Positions 49,487 to 56,987 of a stretch of DNA of 60,037 nucleotides are shown here, one piece after another. Origin of the DNA: a virus (taxonomy: Duplodnaviria > Caudoviricetes); the IMG/VR virus record IMGVR_UViG_3300030085_002970, positions 1-60,037 of that record; one strand, given 5' to 3'. Position 1 is the stretch's first letter. Each line of letters starts with the position of its first letter. Below the pieces are notes generated by a model. It had not been told where the DNA came from. It made no database searches and worked only from the letters and a program-made list of their open reading frames with translations. The translations under genes were made by a program, and so were the position numbers.

Positions 49487-49528
49487 TATAGTAAATTAAA
49501 TTAAATTGCTTTTTGTTGTCTGAAGATA

Positions 49529-49753
49529 TTATCTAATCTTTTGTTTATAAATATCACCTTCAGCTGTATATTTAGTAATCACAGTTCTACCATTGTTTTT
49601 AACTTTTGTTTTTCTTATAGTAGGTTTATCTTTTACTTCTCCAGTAATAAACTTGTCGTGATATATAGTTTTACCTTTATCGTCTTTTTTTACTTTACCA
49701 AAAAATCTTCCAAAAAGATTTCTAATATTACCGCTTTTTAGTTTAAATGCCAT
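49529..49753 (-). CDS. Small basic protein
   Basis: MAFKLKSG start, K-rich. Confidence 0.6.
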   Translation of the reverse strand: MAFKLKSGNIRNLFGRFFGKVKKDDKGKTIYHDKFITGEVKDKPTIRKTKVKNNGRTVITKYTAEGDIYKQKIR

Positions 49754-49760
49754 GTTATTA

Positions 49761-50741
49761 TTATTTAGCTTTGAATTTTTTCATTTGAAACCCTTTAGTT
49801 TTACCATAAATACCTTTTACATCTGTTTCACCTATTATTGATTGATCAGGGTTTTGTTCTGTAAATCTTATTTTTGCTTCATTCATTTTTTGTATCAAAC
49901 TAACGTCTGCTGCAAAATCTGGAAACTCTTGCTCAGATGATATATTTTTTCCTTTAAGCACATCTTTAACAACAGCTATTGTTCTAGTCTTATTACCGTC
50001 TATTATAGTTCTAACATCTGTTACCACCCCACCACCTGTAACTAAACCTATAGAACCTTCATCAAATACAGTGCTACCATCAGGTGTTGTTATACCTAGC
50101 CTACCTCTATCTACAGTAATTTTTTTACTTTCACCAAAAGTTTCCTTTACGGTCTTATCGCCCATACGCGTTTTTATACTACCAGGCCTTCCATATTTTT
50201 CAGCTAAATACTCTTGTGAAGTATATTCACTAGGTTTAGCTATTAAGCTTTTATTTTTAATATCAGCTATCTGATAGTTTATTCCTGGTTTTTCAGCTTC
50301 TTCTGTTTTCTTTATATTAAGCTTGTTTTTTTGTATTTGAGCATCAAGAGCAGCAAGTCTATCTATTTTCTTTTGTTTTCTCTCTTCTATTTTCTTTTGT
50401 TGATTTAATTTTCCTTGTATTTTCTTTTGCTCTTTCTCTTCTTTTATCTTTTTTTGAAGATTTGCGTACTGCTCTTTTCTTTGTTTATCTTTTTCAACTA
50501 GCTCTAGCATTTTTTCTTCACTCACTTTTGACTTCGATGTCTTAAATTTACCAAGAATAGGCATAGAAGCAGATGTTCTTGATTTAGGTGGCGAATAATC
50601 TATGCTGCGAGTTACGTAACTACCGTCTTTTTTTCTTCTATAAGTCTTATCACCTATCTTTATCTTTCTAGCTAAAGTATCGCCTGTGCTTTTAAACACA
50701 GACGTACTTTTACTATATGATTTTGGTAGCTTAAAAGCCAT
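49761..50741 (-). CDS. Basic hypothetical protein with a coiled coil
   Basis: MAFKLPKS start; K/Q/E-rich coiled coil. Confidence 0.65.
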   Translation of the reverse strand: MAFKLPKSYSKSTSVFKSTGDTLARKIKIGDKTYRRKKDGSYVTRSIDYSPPKSRTSASMPILGKFKTSKSKVSEEKMLELVEKDKQRKEQYANLQKKIKEEKEQKKIQGKLNQQKKIEERKQKKIDRLAALDAQIQKNKLNIKKTEEAEKPGINYQIADIKNKSLIAKPSEYTSQEYLAEKYGRPGSIKTRMGDKTVKETFGESKKITVDRGRLGITTPDGSTVFDEGSIGLVTGGGVVTDVRTIIDGNKTRTIAVVKDVLKGKNISSEQEFPDFAADVSLIQKMNEAKIRFTEQNPDQSIIGETDVKGIYGKTKGFQMKKFKAK

Positions 50742-50742
50742 A

Positions 50743-51033
50743 TTATTTAAATGTTTTAATAACTTTAGGCCCTTTTGTAGCCTCTAATTTTTTCGTGAAG
50801 TGCTCGATGCTTCCATCAATGGCTTTTTCTGCGCCTTCTAGCGTTTCTCTACGTGTAACATCGACAAATTCATCGCTGTCAGGCTTAGAAACCTCTGTTT
50901 GATAGTAGCCGTTTGGTAATTGGGTAATACGCCAGTTAGCTTTATTAGCTAAATGCTCCCATTGACTTTTAGTTTTCTCGTTTACTTGTGGATTACCGGT
51001 CCACGTACTAGTTTTGTAATACAAATACGTCAT
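50743..51033 (-). CDS. Hypothetical protein
   Basis: 96-aa ORF, WRITQLPNGYYQTE. Confidence 0.65.
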   Translation of the reverse strand: MTYLYYKTSTWTGNPQVNEKTKSQWEHLANKANWRITQLPNGYYQTEVSKPDSDEFVDVTRRETLEGAEKAIDGSIEHFTKKLEATKGPKVIKTFK

Positions 51034-51086
51034 TTTAATTGGTTTTTAGGTTAATATTAGTTTACGATGTATATAGTTACTTACAA

Positions 51087-51320
51087 TTACTCAGATTTAG
51101 TACCTTTACCATCATTGCCTCTATTAGCTTTGACAGATTTGAACTTACCATCTTTGTGATCGTAGTCTTTTCCTTTGATATTTACACCTTTTTTCAAAGC
51201 AGCGCGTCTTTTACGCTGATTTTCAGCTTTTTTCTTACGTCTATCAGGCGTCATTGCGTACTTTTTATCGCGAATAGCCTTCATACGTCTTGCCGTAGCT
51301 GTTAGTTTTTGTTTTGCCAT
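51087..51320 (-). CDS. Basic protein with a minimal HNH-like motif; first gene of the late arm
   Basis: GKDYDHKDG..SVKANRG. Confidence 0.55.
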   Translation of the reverse strand: MAKQKLTATARRMKAIRDKKYAMTPDRRKKKAENQRKRRAALKKGVNIKGKDYDHKDGKFKSVKANRGNDGKGTKSE

Positions 51321-51357
51321 GATAATATTATTACATAGTAGTAAAGATAGTTAAAAA

Positions 51358-51404
51358 TGTGACAAAAGGTAGCTACTAAGTAACCTTAATAGGCTAATGT
51401 CACA
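51358..51404. promoter_or_regulatory. Dyad site A: TGTGACA-N33-TGTCACA
   Basis: Perfect 7-bp inverted repeat with internal AGGTAG..TAAGTAA..TAATAGGC. Confidence 0.65.
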
Positions 51405-51420
51405 TAAAATACGTTAGAAA

Positions 51421-51600
51421 TATAGGAGTAGAGTGCTGCCCCCTACCTACCTGATAGCCAGCCAGTTACAAAATTTTTTATAAATGACCCCACGGGCCCA
51501 TAATTGTAGCAAATTCGTACAGATTTTTTGCCTTTTACACAAATTAGGCACGCGGCGGTAGGCCGCCAGGCCGGGCCGGGCCGTGTATAGCATTGCCGTT
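51421..51600. other. GC-rich non-coding divergence region; candidate terminus, pac site or origin
   Basis: Strand switch, GGCGG-TAGG-CCGCC hairpin (51554-51567), (GGCCG)x3 (51569-51583). Confidence 0.45.
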
Positions 51601-51602
51601 TG

Positions 51603-51632
51603 CACAAATTAGTTTAGTCTGTTTATAGATAA
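51603..51632 (+). promoter_or_regulatory. Early promoter-like box 1, CACAAATT-N16-AGATAA
   Basis: Upstream of the ATG at 51664. Confidence 0.75.
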
Positions 51633-51663
51633 CTATACTGTAACTAAATTAAATTAAATTATT

Positions 51664-51897
51664 ATGACTAACTTAACTACTAAAAGATTTGTAATGCGCA
51701 AGACCTTAATTGGTACTAACACAGTAATAACATTTACAACTAAGAAAGGTAACACATACAGCTACGACCACGACGCAGTATACTCAGCTAATCAAGAGAA
51801 ACTAGAAAGTATGGAATGCTGGCATAAGTATGGTAACTATACTAACTCAAACAACTTACCAACTTGGGCTAGAGAGCATCAAGTAACTGCTGAGTAA
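51664..51897 (+). CDS. Early hypothetical protein, paralog A
   Basis: Shares MECWHKYGNYTNSNNLPTWARE with 52188-52406. Confidence 0.8.
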   Translation: MTNLTTKRFVMRKTLIGTNTVITFTTKKGNTYSYDHDAVYSANQEKLESMECWHKYGNYTNSNNLPTWAREHQVTAE

Positions 51898-51965
51898 GCA
51901 GTGAAGCTAACGCCGCCGCAAGGCGGTGTATAGCATGTGTGTATAGCAATTTTACTCGCCACTCG

Positions 51966-51995
51966 CACAAATTCAGTTAGTCTACCTTCAGATAA
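51966..51995 (+). promoter_or_regulatory. Early promoter-like box 2
   Basis: CACAAATT-cagttagtctaccttc-AGATAA, upstream of the ATG at 52026. Confidence 0.75.
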
Positions 51996-52025
51996 TATAA
52001 ATGTAACTAATAAAAAATAATACTT

Positions 52026-52154
52026 ATGCGTACAGATATTTTAGCGACTATAGACGAGTTAAATCAGTATTTAAATGGCTACGTTACTGACGAAGCAATA
52101 GTAACTGCATTAAAAGAATTGTTGCACAAATTAAATAAGACTACTAACAGATAA
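52026..52154 (+). CDS. 42-aa ORF, absent from the track
   Basis: MRTDILATIDELNQYLNGYVTDEAIVTALKELLHKLNKTTNR; follows box 2. Confidence 0.55.
   Translation: MRTDILATIDELNQYLNGYVTDEAIVTALKELLHKLNKTTNR
52125..52154 (+). promoter_or_regulatory. Early promoter-like box 3
   Basis: CACAAATT-aaataagactactaac-AGATAA, upstream of the ATG at 52188. Confidence 0.75.
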
Positions 52155-52187
52155 TAAAGACGTATTAAATAACTTAAATTAAATATT

Positions 52188-52406
52188 ATGACTAAGAAAA
52201 GATTTGTATTAAGTAGAGCTCTACTAGGACAAGAAGTAGTAATTGAATTTACTAACAAAAAAGGTATTACTTACAAGTATGACCATGACCAAGTGTATGC
52301 TGTAAACCAAGAACGTATTGAAAATATGGAGTGTTGGCACAAATACGGTAATTATACAAATAGTAATAATCTACCTACATGGGCAAGAGAGTGCACTGTT
52401 GAATAA
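52188..52406 (+). CDS. Early hypothetical protein, paralog B
   Basis: Close paralog of 51664-51897. Confidence 0.8.
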   Translation: MTKKRFVLSRALLGQEVVIEFTNKKGITYKYDHDQVYAVNQERIENMECWHKYGNYTNSNNLPTWARECTVE

Positions 52407-52409
52407 ACA

Positions 52410-52456
52410 GTGACACTTGCCTATTACTAACTAATTACTTAACTACCTAATGTCAC
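52410..52456. promoter_or_regulatory. Dyad site B: GTGACA-N35-TGTCAC, inverted relative to site A
   Basis: Reverse complement carries AGGTAG..TAAGTAA..TAATAGGC as in site A. Confidence 0.65.
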
Positions 52457-52462
52457 ACTATT

Positions 52463-52579
52463 ATGACTTATATACTTGAACTAATAACACTAATGACAAT
52501 TGTAGGTACAATTTGTTACCTAACTGAAAAATTTGTCATAGAAAAAGACAATGAGTGCAATAGCTCTCAAAGAAAATAA
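52463..52579 (+). CDS. 38-aa hydrophobic ORF, absent from the track
   Basis: MTYILELITLMTIVGTICYLTEKFVIEKDNECNSSQRK. Confidence 0.4.
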   Translation: MTYILELITLMTIVGTICYLTEKFVIEKDNECNSSQRK

Positions 52580-52606
52580 TACTATAAACAATTAACCTAC
52601 TTTATT

Positions 52607-52738
52607 ATGACAAAAGAATTTTATAAACTAGCAGACTATTATGCTTGGAAACTATTCAGTGAATTTGGCTTTGATACATGCAAGTATGAAGAGCGACAGA
52701 TAATCTTACACAAATTAAATTTGTCTACTAACAGATAA
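52607..52738 (+). CDS. 43-aa ORF, absent from the track
   Basis: MTKEFYKLADYYAWKLFSEFGFDTCKYEERQIILHKLNLSTNR. Confidence 0.55.
   Translation: MTKEFYKLADYYAWKLFSEFGFDTCKYEERQIILHKLNLSTNR
52709..52738 (+). promoter_or_regulatory. Early promoter-like box 4
   Basis: CACAAATT-aaatttgtctactaac-AGATAA, upstream of the ATG at 52766. Confidence 0.75.
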
Positions 52739-52765
52739 TATAACTGAATCAAAATTATATATACT

Positions 52766-52996
52766 ATGCCAAATACTATTAAAAAACACCAACTTAAAAT
52801 TATTACTTTAAACGGTACTAAGTACTACGGTTACTTACTACATCAACTACCTAAAAAGTACGAAGAAATATCTATGCTCGATCAATTTAACCTTAACGGT
52901 TTTACTTACATCAGCGAGCATGCCGTTGAACTTACTAAAAACCAATTAGACACTCGCACAAGCAATGTAGCGCTTGGCAACTTAAAAACTATATAA
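52766..52996 (+). CDS. Early hypothetical protein
   Basis: 76-aa ORF after box 4. Confidence 0.65.
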   Translation: MPNTIKKHQLKIITLNGTKYYGYLLHQLPKKYEEISMLDQFNLNGFTYISEHAVELTKNQLDTRTSNVALGNLKTI

Positions 52997-52998
52997 CT

Positions 52999-53265
52999 AT
53001 GAATACTATGGCACAAGACATACTACGCGAGCAAAAGTTAGCAGAGTTAGCATTAGCAATCAGACACCACGATCATTACCATAATATGAGTGATGACCAC
53101 AGAGTATACAGTTCAGGTAGATCTGAGCGAGATACTATAATGCACGAGCTAGAAGATATGTTTGATAAAGTATCAGACAGATTAGAGTTCTGGAATACTA
53201 ACTGCCCAGATGGCGTCGGTTACAAGCAAGATTACATTAACGAGTTAAAAGCAGAAGGTAAGTAA
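52999..53265 (+). CDS. Early hypothetical protein
   Basis: HDHYHNMSDDHRVYSSG (HDxxxxxSDD motif seen in small phage proteins). Confidence 0.65.
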   Translation: MNTMAQDILREQKLAELALAIRHHDHYHNMSDDHRVYSSGRSERDTIMHELEDMFDKVSDRLEFWNTNCPDGVGYKQDYINELKAEGK

Positions 53266-53401
53266 TATGACACCAATAGACTTAGCAGTATACTTAACAT
53301 TCTACTATTATTTAGTAGCACTAAAAAGATTTATATATGCCTAATATAGTAGTAATTTGGCCGTGTTAGCGTTTTGCTATACACAGCCGCTAAAATACTT
53401 G

Positions 53402-53431
53402 CACAAATTAAAATCAGCCACCGTCAGATAA
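53402..53431 (+). promoter_or_regulatory. Early promoter-like box 5
   Basis: CACAAATT-aaaatcagccaccgtc-AGATAA, upstream of the ATG at 53457. Confidence 0.75.
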
Positions 53432-53456
53432 TATATATGACAAAAGCTTATTAACT

Positions 53457-53672
53457 ATGGCAAACTATTGTAAGTGTGGTGCACCCGTACACCCAGTAAG
53501 ACAAAAATACGGGTACAAAACTTGTGTAAGTTGTAGTGGTATCGAGCGTGTTGCTTGTGCTCCATTAACTAATCACAAGACAGGTAATACAATACAAATA
53601 GTGTCGCAAGCACAGTCTGCAGCACTAATAAAAGCAGGTAGTCGTAAAGGTTACGGTACTTGTCTTAAATAA
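53457..53672 (+). CDS. Small C4 zinc-finger protein (DksA/TraR-finger-like)
   Basis: CKCGAPVHPVR..GYKTCVSC. Confidence 0.6.
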   Translation: MANYCKCGAPVHPVRQKYGYKTCVSCSGIERVACAPLTNHKTGNTIQIVSQAQSAALIKAGSRKGYGTCLK

Positions 53673-53826
53673 TAAAGTAGGTGTCGTCACTGTGTAAAGT
53701 AACCGCAACCCGCGAAAATGAAAGCGGTTCCTACTTTATAATAAACGAGTGTGGCGCGTGAGATGTGTATGTGTATGAGGTTCTTAGCCCTCCACAATCT
53801 TACTCACTTGGCCACCTCGTTTTATT
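53672..53826 (+). ncRNA. Candidate structured RNA made of two adjacent multi-stem hairpins; strand assumed from context
   Basis: ATAAAGTAGG/CCTACTTTAT with AACCGC/GCGGTT; AAACGAG-T-GTGGC/GCCAC-CTCGTTT with inner stems. Confidence 0.5.
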
Positions 53827-53851
53827 AAGTAACAAATTAAATTAAATAGAT

Positions 53852-54040
53852 ATGATAGTATTAACAGTATTAGACTTTGAAGATGGTAGAGTATACCAGT
53901 ATAAATTAGAGAACGCTTGTGAAGATATGGGAGGAAAACAATTCGAAGATATTATTGAAGCACAAGGTCACAGATTAAAAGATTGCGAGTGGATGTCGCA
54001 TAGCGACGACACTATTAACAAGATTAAAATAGAATTATAA
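53852..54040 (+). CDS. Hypothetical protein
   Basis: VLDF..G.VYQY..CEWM; AT-rich leader. Confidence 0.6.
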   Translation: MIVLTVLDFEDGRVYQYKLENACEDMGGKQFEDIIEAQGHRLKDCEWMSHSDDTINKIKIEL

Positions 54041-54222
54041 TGAAAGAATTTGAAACAGATATATTCTGGTTAGATAAATTTGAAGGAAAAGCTCAAGGAG
54101 GCTTATGGTTTCGAGCATTTGACTTAAATAAATTTATACAAAAAGTACAAACTGACGACAAGAAAGTTGTTGGTATAAGATTTGAAGGAAATAATTTAGA
54201 ACTAATATTTACAGAAAAATAA
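54040..54222 (+). CDS. Hypothetical protein
   Basis: TAATG-coupled 60-aa ORF. Confidence 0.6.
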   Translation: MKEFETDIFWLDKFEGKAQGGLWFRAFDLNKFIQKVQTDDKKVVGIRFEGNNLELIFTEK

Positions 54223-54743
54223 TGGAATACATGTCAACAGAAATTAGAAGCGCGCGTGAAGCGATGACTATCTTCAAGATACTAGGTATCAAAGAGATAA
54301 CAACAGAGCGTCAACGTAAAAATGGTACGCAAGTATTTGAGCTACCTATACATCAAATGTGGCAAACATGCGAGCCAAAACCTTTGCGATTTGCTACATA
54401 TAAAACAGGTTATGTGCGTAATGTAAGTGACTACAACTCAAGCTCTTACCAAATTAACAAAACTAAAAAGCAACCAGCAGGTAATGGCTATCACTTTGAA
54501 CATACAGAGCGTATACTTATTGAAAATTGGGAAGAGCGATTGATATACTTAGCTAAGTTTATTATAAAGAACTACTATCAAAAACCTACATACTTAATGA
54601 ACGACTATACTATTGAGTGTTTGAAAGAAGCTTATTACGAGCAAAACAAAACAGGTTTACCATTTGATGAAGATGACAAGTTCTTCTGTAGCACAGACGA
54701 CGTACAAGTAATAGTTAACGGACATAGATACAATTTATCATGA
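54222..54743 (+). CDS. Hypothetical protein
   Basis: TAATG-coupled; EITTERQRKNGT, YKTGYVR, YQINK. Confidence 0.65.
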   Translation: MEYMSTEIRSAREAMTIFKILGIKEITTERQRKNGTQVFELPIHQMWQTCEPKPLRFATYKTGYVRNVSDYNSSSYQINKTKKQPAGNGYHFEHTERILIENWEERLIYLAKFIIKNYYQKPTYLMNDYTIECLKEAYYEQNKTGLPFDEDDKFFCSTDDVQVIVNGHRYNLS

Positions 54744-54961
54744 GTCCATTTTATAAAGACACAAGAGTAAACGGTAAGCTAGTTAGACTAGAAGACGTTA
54801 TAGAAGAAACATATAATAGAGCATTAACAACTATTGATGATGCTTTATATGAGTTAATAAATAAAGATGAAGATGATCCAGATGAGTTTTATGAAGACTA
54901 TAAAGAAGCATTTGGACATGTAGTAGAACAATTAAATAAATTTCACAATGTTGAAGATTAA
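54740..54961 (+). CDS. Acidic hypothetical protein
   Basis: ATGA overlap with the upstream gene; D/E-rich. Confidence 0.55.
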   Translation: MSPFYKDTRVNGKLVRLEDVIEETYNRALTTIDDALYELINKDEDDPDEFYEDYKEAFGHVVEQLNKFHNVED

Positions 54962-55008
54962 GAATATATTTAAGTACGAACCTGAACTAGTTAAAAATTT
55001 AAAAGAGT

Positions 55009-55152
55009 ATGACAAAAAAGAGAAAGCTAAACAGCAAAAATCCAAAGTACAAAACAAAAGCAGAAGTAAAAGCAACAACTAAAGAAGTAGCTAAAAAAGT
55101 ATTTGTAGCTGAATCTAACGGTGCTAAAGTATATGCTGTGTTTTACAAGTAA
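55009..55152 (+). CDS. 47-aa basic ORF, absent from the track
   Basis: MTKKRKLNSKNPKYKTKAEVKATTKEVAKKVFVAESNGAKVYAVFYK; stops immediately before box 6. Confidence 0.55.
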   Translation: MTKKRKLNSKNPKYKTKAEVKATTKEVAKKVFVAESNGAKVYAVFYK

Positions 55153-55182
55153 CACAAATTAAAAACGATTACTAATAGATAA
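55153..55182 (+). promoter_or_regulatory. Early promoter-like box 6
   Basis: CACAAATT-aaaaacgattactaat-AGATAA, upstream of the ATG at 55213. Confidence 0.75.
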
Positions 55183-55212
55183 TATAATAAACCAAATTAA
55201 ATTAAACCAATT

Positions 55213-55587
55213 ATGACTAAATTAGAATTAGAAGTAAAGTTAGAAGCTTTACAAAAGTTACTAGGTGAAAAAGTAACAGAACAAACAAATTATCAAAACC
55301 AAATAAACGAGTTACAGCAAAAGCTAGATGACTTAAACAAACCAAAGCTTACAGGCGAGCAATTTAATCAAGTTGCAAAAGCAATTGAAACCGCCGTTAT
55401 GAACTACCCACTTGACGACGTTGACAACTATAGCATTGACTATGGTATTGACTATGATAACAGAATAACTTGTGAATCATTTACCTTTGACTCTGCTGAT
55501 GACTTAGCTGAAGACATAACTCGAGGTGTTGAGCACTTGTTTGCTATAGTAGATGATGAAGATGATAACCAAGAAAACCAAGACTAA
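55213..55587 (+). CDS. Coiled-coil plus acidic hypothetical protein
   Basis: 124 aa; very acidic C-terminal half. Confidence 0.65.
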   Translation: MTKLELEVKLEALQKLLGEKVTEQTNYQNQINELQQKLDDLNKPKLTGEQFNQVAKAIETAVMNYPLDDVDNYSIDYGIDYDNRITCESFTFDSADDLAEDITRGVEHLFAIVDDEDDNQENQD

Positions 55588-55588
55588 T

Positions 55589-55780
55589 ATGAAAGACGGT
55601 GTATATGAAAGCGATAACGCTAGATACTTTGTACAAAACGGTAAAGTGCTAATGCATTTAAAAGGTATCGGTTGGTACAAAACAACTAAACATTTTAACT
55701 TCGGTAAATGGGTGTCAGAGCTTAACTCAGCAATGAGTGATAACTTTAGTCATGCATATACTATAGCAAAACAGTGGTAA
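55589..55780 (+). CDS. Hypothetical protein (start re-called at MKDGVYE)
   Basis: ATG directly after the upstream stop. Confidence 0.55.
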   Translation: MKDGVYESDNARYFVQNGKVLMHLKGIGWYKTTKHFNFGKWVSELNSAMSDNFSHAYTIAKQW

Positions 55781-56385
55781 TGAATTTGTTAACACAGAAC
55801 AGTAAAATTAAAAAGACATCAAAGAAGTTTGGAGTTAGGTTATTTAATTTCGGTATACCAGCATATAAATCGGTGTCAGGTAAAATTACCTGCCCGTTTG
55901 CTGGTGACTGTGTTAAGTTCTGCTACGCTCAGAAAGGCGCTTACATCTGGTCAAACGTTAAACCAGCATTTGAAAAGCGTTACGAGCTTACCAAAACAGA
56001 TGACTTTGTTAATAAGATGAACGAAGAAATAGCTAAAAAGAAACCTGACTATGTAAGGGTTCATGACAGCGGCGATTATTATTCACCAGCGTATTTACGT
56101 AAGTGGCTCGACGTTGCTATACACAACCCACACGTTCGCTTTTACAGCTATACTAACAGCGTTAAAATGCTTAAAAGTGTGACACTGCCTGCTAACTACG
56201 ATATTATATTCAGCGATTCAGGCAAGCAAAAGCATTTAATTGACAAGCAAAACGATCGACACACTAAAATATTTCATAGTCATGACGAACTACTATCAGC
56301 AGGTTATGTAGACTCTTCTGAGTACGATCTAATGGCTACGAAATGGTATAACAAGAATAATAAAATAGGATTAATATTTCACTAA
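55780..56385 (+). CDS. Gp88-like protein (Cys-cluster, radical-SAM-like motif)
   Basis: CPFAGDCVKFCYAQKG, VRVHDSGDYY, FYSYT; TAATG-coupled start. Confidence 0.65.
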   Translation: MNLLTQNSKIKKTSKKFGVRLFNFGIPAYKSVSGKITCPFAGDCVKFCYAQKGAYIWSNVKPAFEKRYELTKTDDFVNKMNEEIAKKKPDYVRVHDSGDYYSPAYLRKWLDVAIHNPHVRFYSYTNSVKMLKSVTLPANYDIIFSDSGKQKHLIDKQNDRHTKIFHSHDELLSAGYVDSSEYDLMATKWYNKNNKIGLIFH

Positions 56386-56386
56386 C

Positions 56387-56647
56387 ATGACAGCAGATGT
56401 AGTAAAAAACTATATTATTAACGAACTTAATAGTGAGCCAAGGCATAATTGTAAAGCATTGGCTTACGCGTTTAATGAAGTGTCGAATAGAACTAACATA
56501 GACGCTAAAAAATTAATGGCGCTATTATTAAATAACAAACCTATACCCGAAGAAAACACTCATAGCTACGGTTTCCACACCTGGCAAGGCCGTGAGTTAA
56601 TAGAAGGTATGCAAAATTTTTATTATGAGTACGAGAGCACAAGTTAG
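56387..56647 (+). CDS. Hypothetical protein
   Basis: 86-aa ORF in the operon. Confidence 0.55.
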   Translation: MTADVVKNYIINELNSEPRHNCKALAYAFNEVSNRTNIDAKKLMALLLNNKPIPEENTHSYGFHTWQGRELIEGMQNFYYEYESTS

Positions 56648-56987
56648 ATTTGCTACGCGCGAATCAGGGCAATCATTTGCCACACATCCAAAAGTTATAC
56701 ATGCGCAGTTTTATGTACATTACGATGGTTATCCAGAAGGACTAGGCGTTGATATAGCTAAATCATTTACTAAGTATGGTAAGTTAAATCATTGGGAGCT
56801 AGAAGAGTTAACAGCTAGACACGATGACTTAGAATATATATATTATATATGGCAACACCCTATGAAAGAAACATTTATAAGTATATTTGCAGTACGACCA
56901 TTTACAGATCTAACTGGCGAGTGTATATTTGTAGGTACACCAAGTGATCTTATAGATAAGTACTCACAAATTAAAAACGAAAGCTAA
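56625..56987 (+). CDS. Hypothetical protein of the MSTR..YxHxDGYPEGLG phage family
   Basis: Motif seen directly in the translation. Confidence 0.65.
   Translation: MSTRAQVRFATRESGQSFATHPKVIHAQFYVHYDGYPEGLGVDIAKSFTKYGKLNHWELEELTARHDDLEYIYYIWQHPMKETFISIFAVRPFTDLTGECIFVGTPSDLIDKYSQIKNES

Noticed and set aside
53672-53826. tRNA, hammerhead ribozyme or known riboswitch
   Set aside because: No cloverleaf with a canonical TTCRA loop, no CTGANGA/GAAA core and no aptamer consensus recognised. No tRNA was recognised anywhere in the window by eye.
53832-53853. Eighth early promoter box (ACAAATTAAATTAAATAGATAT)
   Set aside because: It lacks the leading C and the 16-nt spacing; it is better explained as an AAATT leader tract.
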